Below the pieces are notes generated by a model, which was given only the letters and a program-made list of their open reading frames with translations, was not told the DNA's origin and did no database searches. A stretch of DNA of 64,000 nucleotides from Octopus vulgaris (lineage: Eukaryota). The translations under genes were made by a program, and so were the position numbers. Shown here one piece after another: positions 13,200 to 28,397 of this stretch. The stretch lies in NCBI GenBank assembly GCA_951406725.2, contig OX597821.1:80910001-80974000 (forward strand), in the 5' to 3' direction. Every line of letters begins with the position of its first letter. Position 1 is the first letter of the stretch.

Positions 13200-14200
13200 T
13201 GATACAATTATTTAAACCTCTGAAAGGTATATTTCGATTGGTGAACACACCATGTTTCGCTTTCTTGTCTATGGTTTATCAATTTAGATTTTAAGGAAAA
13301 GAATTTAGTAAAATTTCTTCTACACACAATTCACGTTTACTCCCTTTACTATATGGTTTAGTTCTACTAGTTATCTCCCAGCTAACTGTGTATGCTTTAT
13401 TATTATCTTCTACCGACCAAATTATTTTACTTAAGCTCGTATTATTTTTCTTATTTTTATCCCTAAACGATAGTTTGTGATTAGCTTTTCTGCGTTTAAT
13501 AAAGGTCTCGCTAGCACCAATGTAGAAATACACCTGTCCTTCTGAAATTACTTTACATCTGTACACCGCATTTTTAATTTTGCAGTTTAATTTTAGCGGG
13601 CATGATTTATGCGTTGTACTATCACAATTCGTTTCTCCATTATACTTATATTATCTCCTATTTTTATTTCATTATTTACGTTTGTTCTTTTTAAGTTCTA
13701 ATTCATTTATTCTATTTTGATTTTCAACAATTTGGGCACAGCTTTCCGATATAGCGTTTGAATTAGTAGTCGTTACTTCTCTATCGTTAATTTCCCTGTT
13801 ACTATATATTTGGTTATTATCTCTATTTTGATTACTTATTTTTTCAGTGCTGCCCTTTCCAGAAAGCATATTTACTCACTTTAATCCCTTCATAGGATTT
13901 TTATCAGTTGCTTCCTTTGCATTGTTTTCCTTATTGCAGTTATTTTTCATGATGTTACTTCTCTATCTAACACACTTATTTCGTTACTGTTAGATATTAA
14001 AGTTTGATAATAGTTAATCTCATTCTGATAGAAATTATTTAATCTCTTTGCGTTTTGTGCTGCAATAATCTGTGCTATATTTTTACTATTGTGTGCTGAA
14101 AATCCGATAATACTTGCTATATTTCGGAAAATGTTTTTCAACTGCCGAATAGAGTAATTTCAGAATGTTAGAACAATTTGCACACATTTTGTAAAGCATA
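13200..14200 (-). mobile_element. Second, distinct Penelope-like element fragment (C-terminal GIY-YIG)
   Basis: CPLKLNCKIKNAVYRCKV...FYIGASETFIKRRKANHKLSFR...TSLSKIIW...SWEI...KPYSKGSKRELCVEE (ORF 13291-13566), then LINHRQESETWCVHQSKY in another frame. Confidence 0.85.
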
Positions 14201-14516
14201 GCTGGAGAAATCAATTAACCAACCAACCAACCAGCTAACCAATATTTATATCGGGTATAAGGCGGCGAGCTGGCAGAATCGTTAGCAAGCCGGGCGAAAT
14301 GCTTAGCGGCATTTCGTCCATCTTTGTGTCCTGAATTCAAATTCTGCCGGGATCGACTTAGCCTTTCATCCTTTCGGGGTCGATAAAATAAGTACCAGTC
14401 GAGCGTTGGTGTCGATGTAATTGACTTAAACCCCTCCCCACAAAACTGCTGGCGCTTGTGCCAAAAATTGAAACCACTTTTTATATCGGGTATGTATGTA
14501 TGTATGTATGTATGTA

Positions 14517-14608
<92 letters not shown>

Positions 14609-16997
14609 TTTGATAACTTTGATAGGTTTCGGCCAAGATAGGCCCAGGCCATGTCTAACTTAATAGCACCAGCTAGTGAAATCTTTTAGTCATATGTGGG
14701 GCACCATGGCCCATTCTGTATTATGAGGAAATTTTTATTATTATTTAGACCTGTTATATTGAAAACACGACTATGTTTTAGTTTCATTATTTTGTATCAA
14801 GTTTATTTTCAAATTTTCGCCTGAGATTTTTGCGGTACATTCTGGAAACTAAAGTTCCTAAACTAGCTCTTCAAGGTCTCATCTCCAAGATGAAGTGTTG
14901 TTGGCTTATGTTAGTATCTCTTTATGAGATTGGTATTGACATTATCACCAGAATTTCCAGAACGCTTTTAGCAGTCTAAAGCATTATAAACAACATGTCC
15001 AAGTTAGTTTTTATGTGTAAAAGCTTCTTCTGTCGCAAATTGCTATTTTACAACGCCTTAGACTCCTATAAGCGTTCTGAAAAATAATTTTTCGGGACGT
15101 TTACCGCAGTCTGAGCTGTTATAAAAAACACACACACACACACACACACACACGAAAATATAATTCGGATTTTCTATTAAGGTTCAAAGCCTTTACGCAT
15201 TTTTTCTTTATGTATGTCTGTGTTGCGCTGTGTGTCTAGGTGTACGTATGTAAATGCAGTCAGAAAAATATTTTTATGTATTCTAAGAATAGCACTTTAA
15301 GAATATTTGACAGATGTTTTGCATTACAAGAATTTACGGAGCCGGCGAAATTTTGGTGTCTATGTTTTCTAGCAAAATGCACTGAAACTAACTTAAGAAA
15401 CTCTTTAGCTATATTATTCGAATATTCAAGCTAAAATTTGGATTATACAATTTTCTTTATTCTGTTTCTTTGTTTTAGGAGCAAAAGGTCTGTTAGATAT
15501 AAAACCTACTACGGTTAAATGCATCGCTACAGAAGTACGTAACTTTCTAAAAGCAACTATAGCTGAAGATAAAGATATGTGTCTACTAGAATCGGATACT
15601 AAATTATTGAAAATATCTGATCGACGATTGCTATAAAACATTATATTTGGGGACGGTCACATTTTGTCAATTAAACACACGCACTGTATACTTGATCTTC
15701 ACTTCAGCTTTAGTATTACATTTTTTTTTAAATTTTAGTTTCTTTATCAAAGTTCTTTCGTCACATCCTGTGATCTCTTCAGCGACTCTCTGTCCCATGT
15801 GTCACTTCTTGTTCTGCTTATTCCATTTTTGTAGTGAAGACCAAATATTTAGCGTATGTGTTGAATTAGCAAAATATGACCAACCCCAAGTGTAACAATA
15901 TCTGCTTCAACATACGATTTCACATCAAGAATCTTGTAAACAAAGCATAAACATATTATAAGATAATCTGACATAAATTTCTGATAAAGGGAAAATATAC
16001 TAGTATTTTATGTCAAGAAAATTAGCTTTTGCAAGGTTATTATTCTTAAATCTAATGCACTGAAGAACGAGGTAATATTTTTCTTAAACTTATCTCATGT
16101 CCGTTCATGTTTCACTAGAGAAATGATTTATCATTATGATAAATGTATTTTTGTTATGTGCAAGATCTGGCAAGATTTGGGTTTTTTCAAACAAAATATT
16201 TGCTACGTAATTTTCAAACGACAAATCCAACTTAGAACATTTTTAACGAATAGTTTCCAACACTTTCGTATCTTTTGTTGTTACTTTTTGTTTCTGATTT
16301 TCGTATCTTTTACTTTCTTTGCTTTGTCAAATGCAGACCGTTTGTTATAGACACGAGCGGAGAGCGAATTGTGAGTTTTGAAAGGTTACAACAATTATCC
16401 AATATCAGATTTATACTCGCTGAGACTGAAATATCGGTGGAGAAGCTAAAACAAATTAAATGAAAACTGTTCTTTAGTCAACAACAGATAAAAAAAATTA
16501 GTCTATTTTTCAAAACCCATCACAACTTAAAAGGGAAGATCTCTTTAGGAAGATCATATATTAACCATTAAAATCTTTATATAACTGAATGTTTTGAAAT
16601 TTCATTTGCCAAGACACCATTCCTCAACACAATCTGAACGCATCGCCAATATAAAACGTTAAAATTTTTAAAAACTTATTATATACCTTAATAGGTGTGT
16701 ACACTGAATAATTTCATATATACCCTGAAAATGGCATAAACGTTTGAATTAAATTTTAATTATACTTTCGTTAATTTGTATTCTGTCAAAACCTAAACGC
16801 TTATGTCTATTCCCATTGTCTTTATATACCTATTTTATTAGTCTTTTACATCTGTTTCTGTTGGCTAAATCTGAAGTAACGAGGAGTACCCGAGGCATTC
16901 ACAAGTTCTCTGAGATCAATGAGATTTGTTCACTTCCCTTAAAACTTTTGTAAGTCGACGACTGCAGGAATGGTGTGAATGTGTGTGTGTGTGTGTG

Positions 16998-17035
<38 letters not shown>

Positions 17036-18200
17036 ATGTTGGACTTCCTGATGCGGAAGTAATGAATGTAGTGGTTAGGGCAAGGACCTAGTAGGTGGAA
17101 ACAATACAGGTGACGAGCAGGCAAGAGATGTCTGAGTGGAAGGGAATAAGGCCAGCCAACCCCAAGGAGTAGAGACAGAGATAATGCCGCTAAGCATTTC
17201 ACTCGGCTTGCTAACGACTCTGCCAGCTCGCCGCCTTATAAAACCTCTGTAAGCCCAAATTGACGTCAATAACAGAGTACTGCTTCCATATCTTTGAAAA
17301 TACAGCTGTCTCAGACATATTTGATTAGCATAAAGTTACTGACAAGTTGCAGTATATAAATTCCTAGCGATATCTGAAGAAGGAATTTTTATATTTCGAA
17401 ATATTATATTATATCAGACTATGAATAATTTAATTATAGCAGTTATTATAGTCCACTCTGCCTTGTTGAGCTATTCAAGACACGTTATATTTCATAACCA
17501 TTAAGTGTTTGATTCAGTTTCATATATGGGAGAAGTAAATAGTGACAGGATTTTTATTGGTAGTATACAAGGTTAAAGTCTCTGCGAACCAATTTCTGCG
17601 GTCAAAAGCTTCATTGTTAGTTTTACTTATTTCATATATTCCACTAATAAATATGAGAGAAATACGAACCTTTTCACTGCCACTTTTTAACTAAATTTAT
17701 AACTAAATTTCTTCGTTATACTTGGGCATCGTGTAAATAGGTGTAGCCGTGGATGTGTGGCATGACGTGTGCTTTCCAACCATGTGGTTTCAAGTACAGT
17801 CCCACAGCACGACACCTTGACCAAGTGTCTTCTATTTTTAGCCCCGGGACAGCCAGAGCCTGATGCATGGATTTAGTAGGCGGAAACTGAAAAAATCCCG
17901 TCGTATATGTCTGTGTAGGAGAGTTTGCTTTTGTGCTTGCTCCACCCCGCTTGACAACCGGCTTTGGTCAGTTTACGAACCCGTAAGTTAGTTGTTCTGC
18001 AAAAAAAAGCACGGAAAAAATCAGTACCAGACTTTAAAAAATAAGTTTTAAGGTCGATTTGTTCCAGTAAACCCTTTAAGGATTGACCGCAACCCAACGA
18101 CTGACACAAGTAAAAGACAAAAGGCTGTAATTTGATTTTATTACATCGAACATTTCTACACCAGTTTGAACTCGTCTAATTGTTTCATTTACTTGAACAG

Positions 18201-18290
18201 ATTTTGTTCATCCGGCCAGCATCGGAAATTGCCCGGTGGTCAAGCATTCTCCAAAAACAAAATGCGAAACCAACGAAGATTGTCCAAAAG
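18201..18290 (+). CDS. Coding exon 2 of the WAP-like/VWC-like protein
   Basis: Acceptor ...tttcatttacttgaacag|, donor AAG|gtaagt; 90 nt, phase 1-1; (D)FVHPASIGNCPVVKHSPKTKCETNEDCPK, resembling the WAP G-x-CP...C-x5-C pattern. Confidence 0.9.
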
Positions 18291-19532
18291 GTAAGTTTCC
18301 ATTAAATGTGATTTACATATTTTTTCGTGAAGGTGAGTGGCCTACTGGTTAGGGTGTTGAGCTCACGATCATTTCAAGATCGTGGTTTCGATTCCTGGAC
18401 AGGGCGGTACATTGTATTCTTGAACTAAAACACTCCATTTCACATTCCTTCATTCCATACAGCTATAAATGGGTCACCCTGTGACGGACTTGTGTTCAGA
18501 AAGAATATTGTGATCTTAGTTATTTGTTTGCCATGGAAACGGGCTAACCGGCGCCATGAGTCTTCGGACTTGATCTGGTAATGTCTAAGTAATTAACTAA
18601 CATTTAACATAATAATTTTGTATAACAGATAGGGTGAATAGCGGAGACAGTCAATAAACAACAATTAACAAACATCAGGAAATTAAACAGACTTTGGTTC
18701 TTTGATGTCTAAGTTTCGTAACTCTTAAGCATAAATCTAACCTTGATCTTTCTTGAAAGCATAACTAACATTTTGTCCTAACTTATCATTAGACGCGAAA
18801 TCCTATTAAACATTAATCTGACCTGACACTAAGCATTAATCCAACAACAAAACATTTCTATATAGCAATGGAAACTGGATTGCTATCTGTCAAGGCGGAT
18901 CACATGGTGCTATCAGAAATGTCATTAGAACTGGTACTGAAATTCCAACGACATGAAATCCACCACAAAAGATCCCAGTCTTATATATACTATTATTATT
19001 TTCTAATTTTGTCAGATGATAGCCGTCTCCCATTAACCCTGATTGTTCTGATTTACTTTCATAAATACATGTTCGCGGATATGGCTTACGATGCTACAAA
19101 TCCATCGTCACAGAGTATCATAAAATACAAAACGGATCAAGAAATGAAAGGATAATGAAACATATTTGCGACATTGGATCAAAGTGAAAAAAGGTTGTGC
19201 AGCATTTCGGCCACTCTGTCGGTCTCGGTCCCCAGAGTAGGCCCCAGCGCCAAGCATTGCATGATGACTGGTACTATTTTGTCTGCAAGTTTTATGTCAG
19301 TGTGTCTTTCTCCAAGAAGGGCTGCCTTTCCCAGGACTTTGTCAAAAGTAACAGGTGCCTCCTCTACCCTTAGGAAATCTATTTTACCCATAGTCGGGAC
19401 CCATTTTTCCGGGTCAGAGCGAACCTACGAATAATAGTAATTAAGGAGTGAATCCACGCTCTCCTTTCACAACTTCAGAGGTCCCGAACCAGAAACCCAC
19501 AACCAGATGCTGTTTAATGTCATACTCAGAAC

Positions 19533-19533
19533 A

Positions 19534-19564
<31 letters not shown>

Positions 19565-19623
19565 CATACATACAGTAAAACACATACATACACACACACG
19601 TATGCATACATACATACATACAT

Positions 19624-19656
<33 letters not shown>

Positions 19657-19930
19657 TACATACATACATACATACATACATACATACATACACACACATA
19701 CATACATACATACATACATACATACGTGCATACATACATGCATGCATACATACATACATACATACATACATACACACACACATACATGCATACATACATA
19801 AACACGTATACATACATACATACATAACCATGCATACATACATAAACACGCATACATACATACACACACACGCATGCATACATGCATACATACACATACG
19901 TATACATACATACACTCACGCATACATACG
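19533..19930. repeat. Compound (TACA)n/(CA)n microsatellite
   Basis: About 400 bp of imperfect TACA repeats; the source of several spurious ORFs. Confidence 0.95.
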
Positions 19931-20818
19931 TGTGTGTCTGTGTGTACCAGAGAGGACCAGCTGAAGGGAAACTATATCTAGCCACTTAGAATAAAGAATT
20001 CAAAAGTAAGTTTCTTCCTTGCACTCTTGCCAGGAAAGAACTTGCGCAGACCTCACCGAGTCTTACACAGATGAAACTTAAGTGTATCAGCGAAAGATTC
20101 TGGGAAAATTAGAACAATTACATTGAAAAGAGACTTACCTCTCTTTTCTACCTGCACGCATTTGATTGCTACGATGTCTCTTTAGATATACTTAGGTTGA
20201 GCGAAGTCACTGAGTCTGTCTACGTAACAGAATATAAGCTGGAAGTCCAAACAGAGTGACATTTATGCATCATACACACGAGGTACTCTTTTCCCACTTC
20301 TCTCAACCTTAATGTTTTCAACATGATTTAATTTCTAATTTAATTTTTTTTATTTAAAATTTTTTAAAATTTAATTATTAATTTACTTGCTCTTTTTTTT
20401 ATTATTTTATATATTCTTTCCATTCTTTTTTTTTTTATCCCTCCTCACTGCATGAAACTTACCATTTTGATCTACCTTATAAATGTGTGTGTATGTGTGT
20501 GTGAGAGAGAGAGAGAGAGAGATTTTTTAAAACCAAAACAACACAAGTCATGAAAAATTAATAATACATTTGGTTAGTACCCGGTATTTCAATATTTCAA
20601 AATTAGAACCACTTCTTCAGAAAATTTACAAAAAAAAAAAGGTGCTTTTTTCTCGACTACCAACAGATTTTCTCCGTAAATCAAGAGGTCAGTCCTTTCC
20701 TCATAAATCTCTTAGTGTAAGAAAGGCTAAAACGATGGATCGAAGATTTGTTTGTCAACGTGAAAAATGTGGATTGGATTCCGTTTCTAATTAGGTATTC
20801 AATAGCTGTCCGATATAC

Positions 20819-20890
<72 letters not shown>

Positions 20891-21814
20891 GTTTGGTTGG
20901 CGAGTTAAGAAATAATTGAGATTCAGTTGAATTAGGTACATAAGTTGAAGCACCAAGTCAGTCCGGTATTATCCGCACACCTCGAAGTAAGGTGAATAAA
21001 ATCAAAATAAGCAACAGGATATCAAGAAGTGATGCAGTACGACCGTTTCAAGCGGCGCCATTTAATTGAATAATGCAATGATTACATCAGCTGCACAATA
21101 ATATTTAATATATAGATAGCATGTTTATCTTTCCAGTACTCCAAAAGAAAATACCCTGAGCAGTCTTTATAGAAACCACCTAATAAGTAAATAATTAAGT
21201 ATATGAATGGAAAATTAAAATGATTCTATGTAATCTTGCCTTTTTAATTTTGAAAATATATATATACACACATTTTACCTATTTTGGTTATATCATTTTT
21301 GATAATCTTAAATTTTATCTCTATCTAACATAACAATATCGTTTATAAACAATCACCCATAGTACCCCATGATAAGATTTCTTCTGTATTAACACCATAG
21401 GTTTTATTAGCGTCTTGCCCTTTTAACAAGTAATTAACATCATGATTTAGGATCTTCCTCTACCCAGCCTCTTTTATAGACAGTTGCTTTATACCCAGTT
21501 TACTACTCTTAATATCTTGACAATATTTATGACCATATCTAACAATGAGCTCTCCACTCACACTTGCTCTTCATTTCAAACAGACACAGTCTTCTAGTCT
21601 TAGATTTAGTAGTTGATAAAAAGACAAGTAAATTAGAAATGAACCACAATCCTTTACAATCTATGACCCCAGTGAGCTTCATGCCTTTCTTGGAAGTGTA
21701 GTCTATTCTTAGCTATAATAGCGACACCATGGGTTTCTTCCATCTTCTTGCTCTGTTAAAGTATTTGAGAAAAATTATATTAATATGTCAAACTGATTAA
21801 ATTTCTATTTATTT

Positions 21815-21902
21815 GTGCAGCTGATGATAGCCCTGCATTTAAATTGATGCTATGATTGCATTGTTTAATTAAATGGAGCCGCTTAAAACGGTTGTACTGC
21901 AT
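21815..21902 (+). ncRNA. Type I hammerhead ribozyme-like motif with long stem II (G12A variant) in a Penelope-like terminal repeat
   Basis: GTGCAG-CTGATGA-[about 57-nt hairpin]-AAAAC-GGTT-GTA-CTGCAT; the inverted sister copy at 21032-21096 retains GAAAC-GGTC-GTA-CTGCA. Confidence 0.65.
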
Positions 21903-21967
21903 CACTTCATGGTATCCTGCTGCTAATTTTGATTTTATATATATATACATGTGTGTGTGTTATATCT

Positions 21968-21999
<32 letters not shown>

Positions 22000-22013
22000 T
22001 GTATGTATGTATG

Positions 22014-22077
<64 letters not shown>

Positions 22078-22887
22078 TACATACATATACACACATATAT
22101 GAACATTTAACATCCCTTCTTAAAAAAAGAAAGATCTTTTGGCAATTAAAAACAAACGGAAGTAAATCTTCCCTACACCATTGGATTGTCAGAGTGAAGA
22201 TGGCAATCCTGTAGCAGAAACCGCGGGATTATTCTACCCACACGCATGGTTTTCTGCTTCCTAATCTAAGCAAAATTAATTGTTATTTATCTATTTATTT
22301 TATTTACTTATTTTTTTTTAGCGGTATCGAATCGGTGGTAAGAATCGAAGGTCTCCATCTAGTAAACTTCGCTATACTCTGTGCTGATGTCTGAAGTGTT
22401 GTGCGTGATGTCGATGTGTTGTTAGGCTGTTGGTGGCCGGTTGGTGCTTGTTGAGGCGATGATTCTGTAGAAGCACGCATCCTGTATGTGCCGTCATCTG
22501 CTGTGGGTGTTGTAGCTCTTGTTCGTGTTGCCACTGTGGGAAACCTAAGCTAATCTCATAAACCGGCTTTCCCCATTTTTAATATATACAGCTCTACATC
22601 TTAGAGTGTGCTGTACTTCTTCATTCGCATTTATGTTTTCTTCAAACGATATATATATAAAATTAATACACATACCGAAAGAGATACTTATAGTTCGTGT
22701 TTTTATGATACTTTAACTAGACATTTTTATGAAATATGCCGTGCAAAAACTATTAGTAGCTCTTTTGGTATGTGTATTGATTTGATATTTACCTCTCACT
22801 TGATGGAGTACTTTTTGTTGACTCTACCTATATTGGATATATATACATGTATGTATATACAAACAGACACACATATACACATACGCA

Positions 22888-24063
22888 CACGTGACAGAAG
22901 TAAATAGATACCCATAAACCATCGTTTTATGTTTATTCTAACTTGTAAAGTTATATATTTTTTATTAATTGACATTTTTATGTTTCAGGTTCTATAAGTG
23001 AGTGTTTAATCATTCCATGTACAAAAGAAGCCTGTCTGAATTTCAAAGAGGCCGTATTGTGGGTCATTCTGAAGGTGAACATAGCATAAAATTGCAGAAA
23101 ACCTTGGGATCCTGCTTTCTACAGTTAATAGAGTAATTATGAAATTCACCAGAGAGGGGAAGGAGTCCACATCACCTCGCCCAGATCAACCAGAACCCTC
23201 TGATAGGACCCTTCTCTTTGTTAAGAGAAGTGTAAAGGATAATCCTCGTTGCAAGGCCTCTGACATAGCAGAACAAGTTGAATGTCAATCCCAGAACAGC
23301 TGCCTGGTATCTCCACAAACTTGGTTACTATGGCAGAGCAACAAGAAGGAAGCCAATTCTTCAACCAGCCAAAATCAAGCGGAGAAAAGATTGGGCCAGT
23401 GAGATGGTGGAGAAGACACTGGCGTTTTGGGACACAGTCATATTCTCTGATGAGTCCAGATTTGCTGTATTTCCTGACAGTGGTCGAGTGTGGGTCCGGA
23501 GACTCTGAGATCGAGAATTTGATGTGAAAAGATTGCAACTATTCTATGATGGTCTGGGGAGCAATTTGGAGCAATGGTTGATCAGATCTGGTGGAGTGTG
23601 AGGGAAACATAAACTCAGATAAATATGTGTCCATATTGCTGAAAGGACTCTTTCCAATCTTCTCCAGTGGTAAAATGATTAAAGAAGATTCTTTATTTAT
23701 GGAAGGCTCATTGTTACACGTCTAAAAGGGATAAGAATGACATTAAAAAGTTTCCAGTCACCAGATATGAACCCTATTGAACACTTCTGGGACGTAATGG
23801 ACAGGACACTTCATAAAGAGAACAAGATACCTTCTTCAAAGCCAGATCTTTTAAGATTACTGCATGAAACTTGGCAAGAAATTCCGCAAGAGAATATTCG
23901 TCATCTGATCAGAAACATACCTTATAGGGTCCTTGCATAAAGAAATGCAAACGGCATGTCTACTAAATATTAAATATTCACATTATAATAATTAATAAAT
24001 AATTTTAATGTATAATTTCAGATTTAAATAAATTTTAATGATTACAAAGGTATCTATTTACTT
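22888..24063 (+). mobile_element. Tc1-like DNA transposon, decayed (different family from 2899-4170)
   Basis: TIR core aagtaaatagatacc (22898-22912) / ggtatctatttactt (24049-24063); fragments [51 protein letters not shown]. Confidence 0.92.
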
Positions 24064-24984
24064 AGGTACTTAAATCGAAGCTCCAAGGCAGTTCGGTAAA
24101 GTACGCGCAGCTCGAAGTTAGGTGAATAAAAAGCAAATAAGTAACAAGGATGGAAATTTACGAAATTTTTCAAATATCGAGCGAAGCATAACCTTATTAA
24201 TAATAGATTAAACATTAGAATACCATGTGTGCATAGGATCACCCGTACTTTTAAATATTTTAGAAACAGATAATAATATACATATCATATTATGATTTGG
24301 TAGGAGTCTAGTAATTTACGTAGGATTACTCACCTATAACCCCTAATATTTTAGTCTACATTCTTCATATACTTATATTACGTTAATTACCCTTAGCTTC
24401 TAGGAATTTGTTTTTTCCCTATTAGTTATAGTATGTAAATTTGTAACTGATTACCTGATCCTGCGCATCCCTTAACAATACCATACACGCCCTGCCAACT
24501 ATCATTATTCGACAGATTTTTGTGTTCTTATTAGATTTTACAAATATTTGATACAACCTTTTCAAATGGTATTTTTATCTTATTGTATTTATCCTCCAAC
24601 TAGCTTCAGTTATGCATACCTTGAATTTTCCTTGCTTTTTTTTTATTTTATTTCCATTTACCTCCGTTATACTTTTTATGTCGTTCGCAATGTTATTTTT
24701 TATTATTTTATTATATAAATTCTTTATAAGAGAGGTTTATATAAAAATATCTTGTCTTTTACTTATTCTTATTTATATTTTTACCTTTGTTATTATTTTA
24801 TTTTTTTAAATCTACAAACCCTCCTTTATACTGGTGTAATTTCTACCGATTGTGGAAGGGTTCATAATTTCTGTTTGTTAAACTCATTGTATAATGTAAT
24901 AAAATGGGGTACTTATATTTATAATCACACTATATATTTAATAAAGTTTATAAAATTTTCATATATATATGTGATATATTTATG

Positions 24985-25054
<70 letters not shown>

Positions 25055-25947
25055 TGATATTTTATATCTTCAAGTTTTTTTTAAAATAAGTTTACCCGAT
25101 ATGGGATTATTTAACTTATCTTTTAGACTCTAATCTCTGGTTGTGGTTTGATCTAAACTACGTACCCCTACTCAGATGACAAACATTAAATTTAATTATA
25201 AATTCATTGTTGAATGGTTTTAGCATTACAACCTTAGAAAAAGCCTTATGAACTTTCTCTTATATATTATTTATTCCTTATTTTTAGGCTTTCTAAATGT
25301 TTATCTTAATTTCATAGTTGAGACATGCTTCGTTACCCTCAGTTTTAACTACCACCCTTAAGGTTTTTGGCCTCTTTTTGCTTTCAACCTCATGCCCCTT
25401 TTATTTGATAATCTAAATCGTATTCGACTACCCACTCCTTCCTCACTCTAGTTATCACCTCCCTCTCCTTCTGTCATTCTCTTACTGGCAGGTGCCTGGC
25501 ATGCCGGGGAGAATATCTGACATTTAATTAATTTATCACCACTAGCAGTAAATTAACTATCAACTTCCAAAGGGCTTAATTCTTAAGAGTTGGAAACAAT
25601 ATGCTGCAAATAATCTTAGAAATGTAATAATGACGAATGTAGACTCAACTATCTCTCTTTTCCTCATTCTTGACTCCCACTATTCCCTATGCTACTCCGA
25701 ATCATAATAGGCTGTAGGTATGCCACAGAAATGGCAAGGAAAAACAATGTAATTATTTTGACTGCTACTACTGAGGTAAATTGCTCTAAAAAATGGCTTA
25801 TTCTTTATATTGGAAATCTATATGGTTGACTGCTTCCAAGGAGAGCGATTTATTTCAAATTGATGCAATGTTTTCATTTATCGATTAAATGGAACCGCTT
25901 GAAACGCCGTAATGCATTGATACCTGAACATCCTTGTTACTTATTTG

Positions 25948-26074
<127 letters not shown>

Positions 26075-26516
26075 TCGCACATATAGGTGTGTGTCTGTGT
26101 AGAAACAGAGAGACACAGCGAGAGAGACACAGAAGACAGACAGGAGATAAAGGCTGGAGAGTCTTTTGACCATAGATCTTCAGGGTAAAGGATAAACAAC
26201 TGGAACCACAACTTACTGCGTAACTCATAAGCAATGGTTTATTTGATGGACAAAATTAAATATTCCTAAATCGATGTAGCGGAAATTAATTCGATCAGAA
26301 ACCATATTGTGCTATGTGGGGAGCGGCATGTCAAAGAATAGTCCCAACATTTCTTCTGTGTGTCGTAAAAGGCAACTAAAAATGGCTGAGGTAGGATTTG
26401 CACACCTGCCTCATGAAACCTCACCAGCAACAACTACCCAAACAGACCCTTAGGTTAGAGTAGTGGTTCTCAACCAGTTTTTGCCTATGATGAACACATT
26501 TGTTTCTTTTTTACTC

Positions 26517-26572
<56 letters not shown>

Positions 26573-28397
26573 TATATACGACGGGCTTCTTTCAGTTTCC
26601 GTCCACCAAATCCACTCACAAGGCTTTGGTCGGCCCGAGGCTGTAGTAGAAGACACTTGCCCAAGGTGCCACGCAGTGGGACTGAACCCGGTACCATGTG
26701 GTTTGTAAGCAAGCTACTTACCACACGCCTATAGCCACTCCTACGCCTATGTATATAAAAATAACATCTTACTGTATTTTTATAATAAAATATTGAGAAT
26801 TGTATTTTTTTTAAATTATAATATTTTTAGTATTTTAGAAGTATAACCAATTTATGGCAGATAAACTTTAACAACAAAATCTTATATGGACTCCCAAGGG
26901 CCATGTGGATTCTAATTCAGTGGCTCTCAACCGGGGTCTACATAGATTGTCGCCTGAGTGATGCAAAGGTGTCATCCACCGGGAGTTAAGAATCACCAAC
27001 AAATGGCGTATACGGCAACACAGCGCATTCCCCCACCCTACTGCTGGTAGTCATATTAGCTAACTAGAGAACTTCTACGTGATCCTTTGACCTGATAGAA
27101 TTTTCCTCAAATCGCACTTTACTGTCTAACAAAAAGAAAGCCATATTAGGTAATATATTGATAGATCGTTAGCCACTACACACATTTTTTCTCTCCTTTT
27201 TTCTCTCCTTTTTCCTCTCCTTTTTCCTCTCCTTTTTTTCTCTCCTTTTTTCTCTCCTTTTTTCTCTCCTTTTTTCTCTCCTTGTTTTTTTCTCTCCTTG
27301 TTTTTTAATGTGTCTCTTTCTGTAGAAGAGCGTAGGCTCAAAACGTAAAAGACTTTTTTCGATTCCTGAGCGTTATACTAATACATCTGTTTGTTTTGTA
27401 CACCACCTGTCTTCGTCTTTTGTTGTTTTTTTTCGTAAACTCGCCCTTAGGTAATATATTCCTACAAGTAATATATTTGAAAAGAAACAGATGAGATTGT
27501 AACGGCTGGAATGATTGTGGTAAGTCCGCTCTTCCAGAGATAACCTGGAGCTAAACAACAACTGCCACAGTTGTGTATTTATGACCCTAGAATTTCAATA
27601 TTCCGTTATTTATGCGAGTTCTATATTAGAATAATTGCCACATTTATAAATGGGTTTTTCTTACCTCATCTTAAAAACACATTTCTCTTAATGATGTGCC
27701 AAATGTGTCACATAAGAATGATATAATCATTAAAATATTCAATTTCTTTTCCATCAACATTTCAGAGATGAATGTATAAAGATAAGAATAACTTGTTTAA
27801 AATGGGCGTTTGTGAGTGTTTGTGTGCGTATGTATGTACTGATGGATGGATAGATGGACGGACGGACGGACGGACGGACGGACGGACGGACGGGTAGATA
27901 GATGTAATACCCAGTGATCATTGTATTTCTTTGTTGTTGCTGATTTTAAGTACGGCAAAATAAGGCCTGTGGCTCACATACACAGACGTATACACATATA
28001 TAGCCATTTTCGTTTCATTACGGAAATCATAGATTTTATTCATGCATAGATATTACTTGTTTATATTGGCGATCAAATAATTGAGTTAGCTTCCTAAAAT
28101 TTTACGGGAAATGTGATCTCCATATAACGTGAAGGTTTTAACGTATTCTCTGAATGATACATTTTCAACATGACGTGGCTGGTTTGTGATACCCTTAATA
28201 AGCAGAACTATCGGCCTTATGACAACCTTATTCTTAAAATAAAGTAATCAGCAAAAAACTTTTGCAAGACTCGTGCTCACAGTGTTGAGCCTACAGGATT
28301 TCCAAGGAATGTAGCTGGGCCCGGGTCATCATCAAGCAACTGTCAAAGAGCACGTATTCTGGTATACTGTTGGAATACTTTCAACGAAGTATTTACC

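Noticed and set aside
19174-19434. Overlapping ORFs as an extra exon or nested gene
   Set aside because: No splice-compatible boundaries or recognisable domain were found; more likely an old retroelement remnant.
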